Below are positions 59,195 to 64,000 of a DNA stretch of 64,000 nucleotides, piece after piece; position 1 is the first letter of the stretch; every line of letters starts with the position of its first letter. Below the pieces are notes generated by a model. It was not told the origin of the DNA. It saw only the letters and a program-made list of their open reading frames with translations, and made no database searches. The position numbers and the translations under genes are program-made. The stretch comes from an uncultured Desulfobacterales bacterium (GTDB taxonomy: Bacteria; Desulfobacterota; Desulfobacteria; Desulfobacterales; CAJINA01), in the NCBI GenBank assembly GCA_964647585.1, contig CAZYGG010000002.1, positions 89,735 to 153,734 of the forward strand. Direction: 5' to 3'.

Positions 59195-60430
59195 CTACAG
59201 ATCAATCTCAACCATATTTCTGACCATGTCCGCATACGTTTCTCTTTTGCGAATGAGGTGGGCTTTTCCGTTGATGACCAGGACCTCCGCCGGCCGGGGG
59301 CGCGAATTGTAGCACGACGCCATTGAAAAGCCGTAGGCCCCGGCGCTCTTAATGGCGATGAGGTCCTTTTCCCGGACTGCATTGAGTATCCGGTCACAGC
59401 CCAGGTTGTCTATTTCGCACAGGTTGCCCACAACCGTGTATTTCTGCCGTGGCCCGCCCGGGTTGGAGACATTGACGATTTCATGGTAGGCATCATAGAA
59501 CATGGGGCGGATCAGGTGGTTGAAGCCGGAATTGACCCCCACAAAATCAACCGCCTCGTTTTTTTTCACCACGGTGCATTCGGCCAGCAGGGTTCCGGAA
59601 TTACCCACCAGGAATCTCCCGGGCTCGAACCAGATTTCTATTTCGCGGCCCTGTTGTTCACAAAAGTCCGCATAAAGGTTTTCAAGAGAGTTCCCGATTG
59701 CGCGCAGGTCGATCACCGGGTTGCCGTCACCCACGTCAACCTTGATGCCTCCGCCGAAATCGACAAACTCAAGATGTCTGAAACCGGCGGCGATGTCAAA
59801 AACAGCCCGGGCGCCCGCGGTAAATATTTCCGGACTCATGATCACCGAACTGGAATGGATGTGGACCCCATTGATTTTCAAGTCGTATTTTTTTTCCAGG
59901 TCTTTTACCCGGGCCAATTGTGACAGGGAAATACCGAACTTTGACTGGTTGTGCCACCAGTCTACTTTGTCGGCATTGACCTGTGAAGCGATGTTGGGGT
60001 TAAGGCGTATGCATACCGGTACACGGCTGCCATATTTGCGGGAAAATTTTTCAAGACTGGAAATACTTTCGATATTGATGGCAACCCCGGTCTCCACGGC
60101 GGTTTCAATCTCTGAAAAGTCCACGCAGTTGGGGGTGAAGACAATCTCTTCCGGTTTGAATCCGGCCGTCAATCCCAGGTGGATTTCAGCGGGAGAAACC
60201 GTGTCAAGTCCGGTCCCCAGTGTTCGCATCAGTTTGATGATATTAATGTTGGACGAAGCCTTGCAGGCGTATTTCAGCCTGGCGCGGATCCCGGAAAAGG
60301 CTGCTTTAAATTGTTTTACCTGGCCGGCAATATAGTCTGCATCGTAAACATACAAGGGGGTGCCGAATTCAGCACAGATCGCGTGGACATCGATTCCCTG
60401 GATCGTATAGTGGTCGTTTTCAAATTCCAT
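59195..60430 (-). CDS. lysA: Diaminopimelate decarboxylase-like PLP enzyme (Orn/DAP/Arg decarboxylase family 2)
   Basis: Motifs are YACKASSN (PLP lysine), HIHSSS, DFGGG, EPGRFLVG, GNLCEIDN and SAGAYG. The ATG at 60430 was chosen. Confidence 0.8.
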   Translation of the reverse strand: MEFENDHYTIQGIDVHAICAEFGTPLYVYDADYIAGQVKQFKAAFSGIRARLKYACKASSNINIIKLMRTLGTGLDTVSPAEIHLGLTAGFKPEEIVFTPNCVDFSEIETAVETGVAINIESISSLEKFSRKYGSRVPVCIRLNPNIASQVNADKVDWWHNQSKFGISLSQLARVKDLEKKYDLKINGVHIHSSSVIMSPEIFTAGARAVFDIAAGFRHLEFVDFGGGIKVDVGDGNPVIDLRAIGNSLENLYADFCEQQGREIEIWFEPGRFLVGNSGTLLAECTVVKKNEAVDFVGVNSGFNHLIRPMFYDAYHEIVNVSNPGGPRQKYTVVGNLCEIDNLGCDRILNAVREKDLIAIKSAGAYGFSMASCYNSRPRPAEVLVINGKAHLIRKRETYADMVRNMVEIDL

Positions 60431-60513
60431 GTTTTCCCGTTCCTGTTTATGGCGGCAGTGAGGGGTTGAAATTTTATTCTGTCCTTGAAACATGGTCCTC
60501 AGAACCAGACCAG

Positions 60514-60646
60514 AGGCATTTGGCTACACTGTCAAAAGTTGAAGCAAATGCCTAAAGTGAACTAAAGTTTGAAGTGATCTAAAGTTAAGGAATCCTGCCA
60601 GTTTGATAAAATCAGTGGAGCGTAGCGACGCCTTAACTTTAGTCAC
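60514..60646. repeat. Composite hairpin module (family H) containing a family B core fragment
   Basis: The first hairpin is aggcatttg...caaatgcct (60514-60553). The inverted arms gtgatctaaagttaagg and ccttaactttagtcac (60574-60646) enclose ggagcgtagcgacg. Confidence 0.7.
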
Positions 60647-60667
60647 TTTACACTTTCTTTCCGAGTG

Positions 60668-61966
60668 CTACAATAGCCCCTGCAGTATGAGAAAATAGAT
60701 ATACCCGCAGGCCAACAGGATCAAGCAGGAAAACCACATGTGCCGGTATACCTGCCTCAGGCCGGTGTCGAAATATTCATTTGAGAGCAGCAGGCACAGA
60801 TGCAGGGGCGACAGCAGGACACCCACAAAACCGCCGGCCATTGCCAGCATCATATAGGCCGGCAGCAGTTGCCCCTCCCCGTAACTGGCCACCAGCGTGA
60901 TCAGGATGGGGAAGGTGGTGCCCACGAAAGCGATGGTGATACCGACCACCAGGCCTACAAGCATGGGCAGGACAATGGTAATCGGGACAAGCGGTATCTG
61001 CCAGCTTATCAGTTCCCGGCTCACGCCGTTCACCGCGTGGCTGTCCGTGAGAATCCCCTGGAACACAAGGATAGCCGCAACCATGTAAAACATTTTTAGC
61101 AGTTCCGGATTGCTGACGATTTTCCATTTCTCCCGACCGGTAAAGTGGTTCTGACGCCACACCAGGGCAATGGCTGCAAAAAGCGCCAGGATGAGACCCA
61201 GCTCCTTGGAAATGGCGGTCAACTTTTCCGGCAGCAGTGCGGACAGCAGTGACCCGGTGCCGATGCCGAGGATGATGGTCAGCAAAATGGGGAAAAGTTC
61301 TGAAATAAAAGGCCCCAGCGGCGGGCGGTCACCCTGCACAACGCTGTTGTTGCGGCCTTTACGCAATGTCTCTGCCAGGGGCTTAAAGCCGGCTGCTACA
61401 GCCACCAGGGTCAGCGGAAACAGGGTCATCACGAACGACCACAGGTTGAGGCCGGCGATGGATGTGGCCAGGAGAACGCCGGGATAGAGCGGCCACCAGT
61501 ACTCCCAGATATGTCTGAACCAGTAGTTGATAAAGCTCAGCCGGGCTCCGGAAAGGCCCCTTTCCCGACCCAGGTGTTTGACCATGGGCGCTGAAAAGAC
61601 GGCCCCGCCCGGCATGGGCAGCAGGCCGATGATGGCCGGAAAGATGGTGAGGTTCAAGGCCGGTTTGCGGATGAGCCCCTGGAACCGGTCCAGCAGTCTT
61701 TGCATCTGTCCGCACGCTTCCATGGAGTGGCTCAGCACCAGGATGAGGCAGACGGCGATAGCCAGGGAAATTGTTTTGGGATGTAAAAGGGCAGCCAGGG
61801 TTGATGTCGCAATGGCCGCCGGCGCCATACCGAACCCGATTCCCAGCAGGACGGCCCCACCGACAAAAGCGTTGCCCAGGGATAACTTCATCCGGATGGC
61901 AAAAAGGATAACGGCAAAGACGATCAGAACGCGGACAATGGCGGGTATTGTTTCCAGGTACGACAC
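60668..61966 (-). CDS. DUF401-like polytopic membrane protein
   Basis: 432 aa with about 11 TM segments and the motif LLPMPGGAVFSAPMV. The family call is tentative. Confidence 0.65.
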   Translation of the reverse strand: MSYLETIPAIVRVLIVFAVILFAIRMKLSLGNAFVGGAVLLGIGFGMAPAAIATSTLAALLHPKTISLAIAVCLILVLSHSMEACGQMQRLLDRFQGLIRKPALNLTIFPAIIGLLPMPGGAVFSAPMVKHLGRERGLSGARLSFINYWFRHIWEYWWPLYPGVLLATSIAGLNLWSFVMTLFPLTLVAVAAGFKPLAETLRKGRNNSVVQGDRPPLGPFISELFPILLTIILGIGTGSLLSALLPEKLTAISKELGLILALFAAIALVWRQNHFTGREKWKIVSNPELLKMFYMVAAILVFQGILTDSHAVNGVSRELISWQIPLVPITIVLPMLVGLVVGITIAFVGTTFPILITLVASYGEGQLLPAYMMLAMAGGFVGVLLSPLHLCLLLSNEYFDTGLRQVYRHMWFSCLILLACGYIYFLILQGLL

Positions 61967-62146
61967 GATAGACGGCTCCGATTAAAAACAAATAAAGATG
62001 CCTCTTTAACAGACCCACCCGGCCGAATCAACCCGGTTTTCGGGGCCGGTTTGCGTTTTTCAGCAGGTTGTTTAATAGTCGCGTTTGTTATAAGGTTGCC
62101 GGAATTGCCGCCGGCAGGCAGGTGCATGTGAACCCGGGAAGATTTT

Positions 62147-62812
62147 ATGGGCCGTAGAGAAAAAAGTAAAAAGAGACGCGCGCCGGTAAAAAGAAGCACC
62201 GCGGCCTATTTGGCCGTAAAGCTTATCCTTAGAATGTTCCTTTTTCCATTTTTCCGGCTTGAAGTAAGCGGGCTGCGAAACCTGCCCCGGGACAGCGCCT
62301 TTATTCTCCTGCCCAAGCACCAGCGCTGGGAGGATATTCCTTTCACCGGATTCGCCGTCCCCCGCCAGCTCTACTTTATTGGTAAGCAAGAGCTTTTCAA
62401 AACCAGGTTTATGGACTGGTTTTTCAAAGCCATAGGGGGTATTCCCCTGAACCGGCAAAAACCGATTGCGAGCCGCCGCTATCTCCTGGCGTCCATCCGG
62501 ATGCTGGAAAAAGGTGAAGGGATAGTCCTTTATCCCGAGGGGACCTATTTCCGCAAAAAGATGGGGCCGGGGCATACCGGTATGTTGCGGTTTATCCTGG
62601 CGCGCCTTTCCATGCCGCTGATACCGGTGGGGATACACTACAGACTAGACGGCTGGCGGATTCACGTGAGGGTTGCCATCGGCCAGGTTACCTACCAGCA
62701 GCCCTTTGAGCCGGCGGACCAGCTGCTCATCCGGCTCATGGGTGAAATGGCCGCCCTTTCAGGTTATCCGCTGCATCCGGATACGGGCAAGCCGGGAGCC
62801 AACGATCAGTGA
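62147..62812 (+). CDS. Lysophospholipid acyltransferase family protein
   Basis: Has an HX4D-like motif (KHQRWED) and YPEGTY. Confidence 0.7.
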   Translation: MGRREKSKKRRAPVKRSTAAYLAVKLILRMFLFPFFRLEVSGLRNLPRDSAFILLPKHQRWEDIPFTGFAVPRQLYFIGKQELFKTRFMDWFFKAIGGIPLNRQKPIASRRYLLASIRMLEKGEGIVLYPEGTYFRKKMGPGHTGMLRFILARLSMPLIPVGIHYRLDGWRIHVRVAIGQVTYQQPFEPADQLLIRLMGEMAALSGYPLHPDTGKPGANDQ

Positions 62813-62858
62813 CAGAAAAACAACAGGGATCATCTCCAAAAGAGTTGATCTAAATGAA

Positions 62859-63032
62859 GGGTCCAAGGATTCAAGGGTTCCAGGATTCGAGTGAAATTCT
62901 AAAAAAATATAAAGAGCAGAAATTAGGCATGTTGAGAGAATGCTGAAAGCCTTGACCAAATCCCTGGAGAACAAACACTTGGATCCTTGAATCCTTGAAC
63001 CCTTGGACCCATTCTCCCAACTAATTGGGAGA
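62859..63032. repeat. Family D composite: inverted low-complexity arms plus a terminal 20-nt hairpin
   Basis: gggtccaaggattcaagggttccaggattcgag (62859-62891) pairs with cttggatccttgaatccttgaacccttggaccc (62978-63010). tctcccaactaattgggaga follows at 63013-63032. Confidence 0.8.
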
Positions 63033-63042
63033 AAAACCAACA

Positions 63043-63891
63043 ATGAAAACTACAGTTCGAAAACAGATACACATGCGGGCAGACAGGTTTGACCCATCCG
63101 TGGCTACCCGGGCCTTGTATGACAGCAGTCGACAGGCCCTGGCAGCCGCCCAGCCCGGAATCGATTACCGTAAGGCTTCGGTGGTCCTGTTCCTTGTCGG
63201 CGACTGTCCGATTGAGAGCGGGGACCGACGGGAGCCCTGTCTGATTCTCAATAAGCGGTCCGCGCGGGTTCGACAGGCCGGGGATCTGTGCTGCCCCGGC
63301 GGCGGTATTACCCCCGGCCTGGATCGACCGGCATCCGGTCTGCTGAGGCTTCCCGGATCACCCCTGTCGCGCTGGCCGTACTGGCCTGGGTTGAAGCGGG
63401 TCGACGCCAACGGCCGCCTGCGCCTGCTGATGGCCACGGCCTTTCGCGAGGGGCTGGAGGAAATGAGGCTCAATCCCCTGGACCTGGAATTTTTGGGCTT
63501 GCTCCCACCCCAGGAGCTGGCTCTTTTCAGCCGCCGGATTTTTCCGCTGGTATGCCGGGTGAAACACCAGCGCCGTTTTTTCCCGAACTGGGAAGTGGAA
63601 AAAATTGTACCAATCCCCTTAAGACACCTGCTGGATTCGGACCGTTACGCTCAGTACCGGCTGACCATTGATATTCCCCGCCCGGACAGGACCGAACCGG
63701 AAATCAAGCGCCTGCCATGCTTCATCCACCATTATCAGCCGGGGGGTTCTGAAATTTTCTGGGGGGCGACCTTGCGTATGGCTCTGGAGTTTCTGGAGAT
63801 CGTATACGGCTTTACGCCCCCGGAGATCGACAGCCTGCCGGTGGTGTCCGGGCAACTCACCACTGCGTATCTTAACGGGGCACCCGCATAA
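63043..63891 (+). CDS. Nudix-like hydrolase (CoA pyrophosphatase-like) with an interrupted Nudix box
   Basis: LCCPGGG is separated by about 40 aa from TAFREGLEEMRL. The ATG at 63043 has no obvious SD and lies 10 nt after the hairpin. Confidence 0.55.
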   Translation: MKTTVRKQIHMRADRFDPSVATRALYDSSRQALAAAQPGIDYRKASVVLFLVGDCPIESGDRREPCLILNKRSARVRQAGDLCCPGGGITPGLDRPASGLLRLPGSPLSRWPYWPGLKRVDANGRLRLLMATAFREGLEEMRLNPLDLEFLGLLPPQELALFSRRIFPLVCRVKHQRRFFPNWEVEKIVPIPLRHLLDSDRYAQYRLTIDIPRPDRTEPEIKRLPCFIHHYQPGGSEIFWGATLRMALEFLEIVYGFTPPEIDSLPVVSGQLTTAYLNGAPA

Positions 63892-63952
63892 TTAGGGTTG
63901 AGAATTTTAATTCATCCTGTATAACTATATGAATACGCAGGTTAATTTATAA

Positions 63953-63982
63953 GCCATCTCATAAAAGTCTTTTGAGATAGCG
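63953..63982. repeat. Minimal palindrome made of two abutting family G TIR-like ends
   Basis: gccatctcataaaag-t-cttttgagatagcg. Confidence 0.6.
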
Positions 63983-64000
63983 CCCATAATAAAGAACCAA

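Overview
This 64 kb window is high-GC (about 55-58% by eye) and densely coding. It looks like ordinary chromosomal backbone of an anaerobic, selenium-using bacterium. Gene content suggests Desulfobacterota (Deltaproteobacteria), but that is inference only. I saw no rRNA, tRNA, CRISPR array, transposase, integrase, phage or recognisable defence genes.

Recognisable genes include:
- Translation and core functions: ettA, typA/bipA, arfB, asd, trxA, nudC, mutT.
- Nitrogen: glnB and amtB.
- Class II ribonucleotide reductase nrdJ.
- Threonine, polyamine and lysine metabolism: kbl-tdh, speE, and a lysA-like decarboxylase.
- Envelope: pqiABC plus a Spy/CpxP-like protein.
- Transport and its regulators: azlCD next to a MocR regulator and an aminotransferase, and a Na/Pi cotransporter.
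- Signalling: several sensor kinases and response regulators.

The most interesting locus is a tightly packed six-gene selenium operon at 5751-10166: yedE, a short TusA/YedF protein, a DUF3343 fusion, a YjeF_C-like kinase-fold protein, selD and long-form yedF. The ORF track splits selD because it carries an in-frame TGA. The motif GAG-U-ASKLSPGDL shows it is a selenocysteine-containing selenophosphate synthetase. The two middle genes have no assigned role and are my best candidate for an undescribed selenium-trafficking or activation module.

The second striking property is that almost every longer intergenic region is filled with modular inverted-repeat (MITE/REP-like) elements. They fall into at least seven sequence families, often nested and flanked by low-complexity arms. 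Many ORF-track entries are just translations of these repeats.

Other observations:
- Two sigma-54 promoters of identical layout lie upstream of glnB and amtB.
- Tandem NrdR boxes sit about 400 nt upstream of nrdJ, followed by a 144-nt rod-like hairpin abutting the RBS.
- A near-consensus orphan sigma-70 promoter has no gene within about 380 nt.
- A NapH/NapG-like fusion is paired with a Tat-exported DUF362 protein.
- A Cys-cluster gene and an enolase-superfamily gene overlap by 119-146 nt.

All functional calls rest on motif recognition by eye. No database search was possible.
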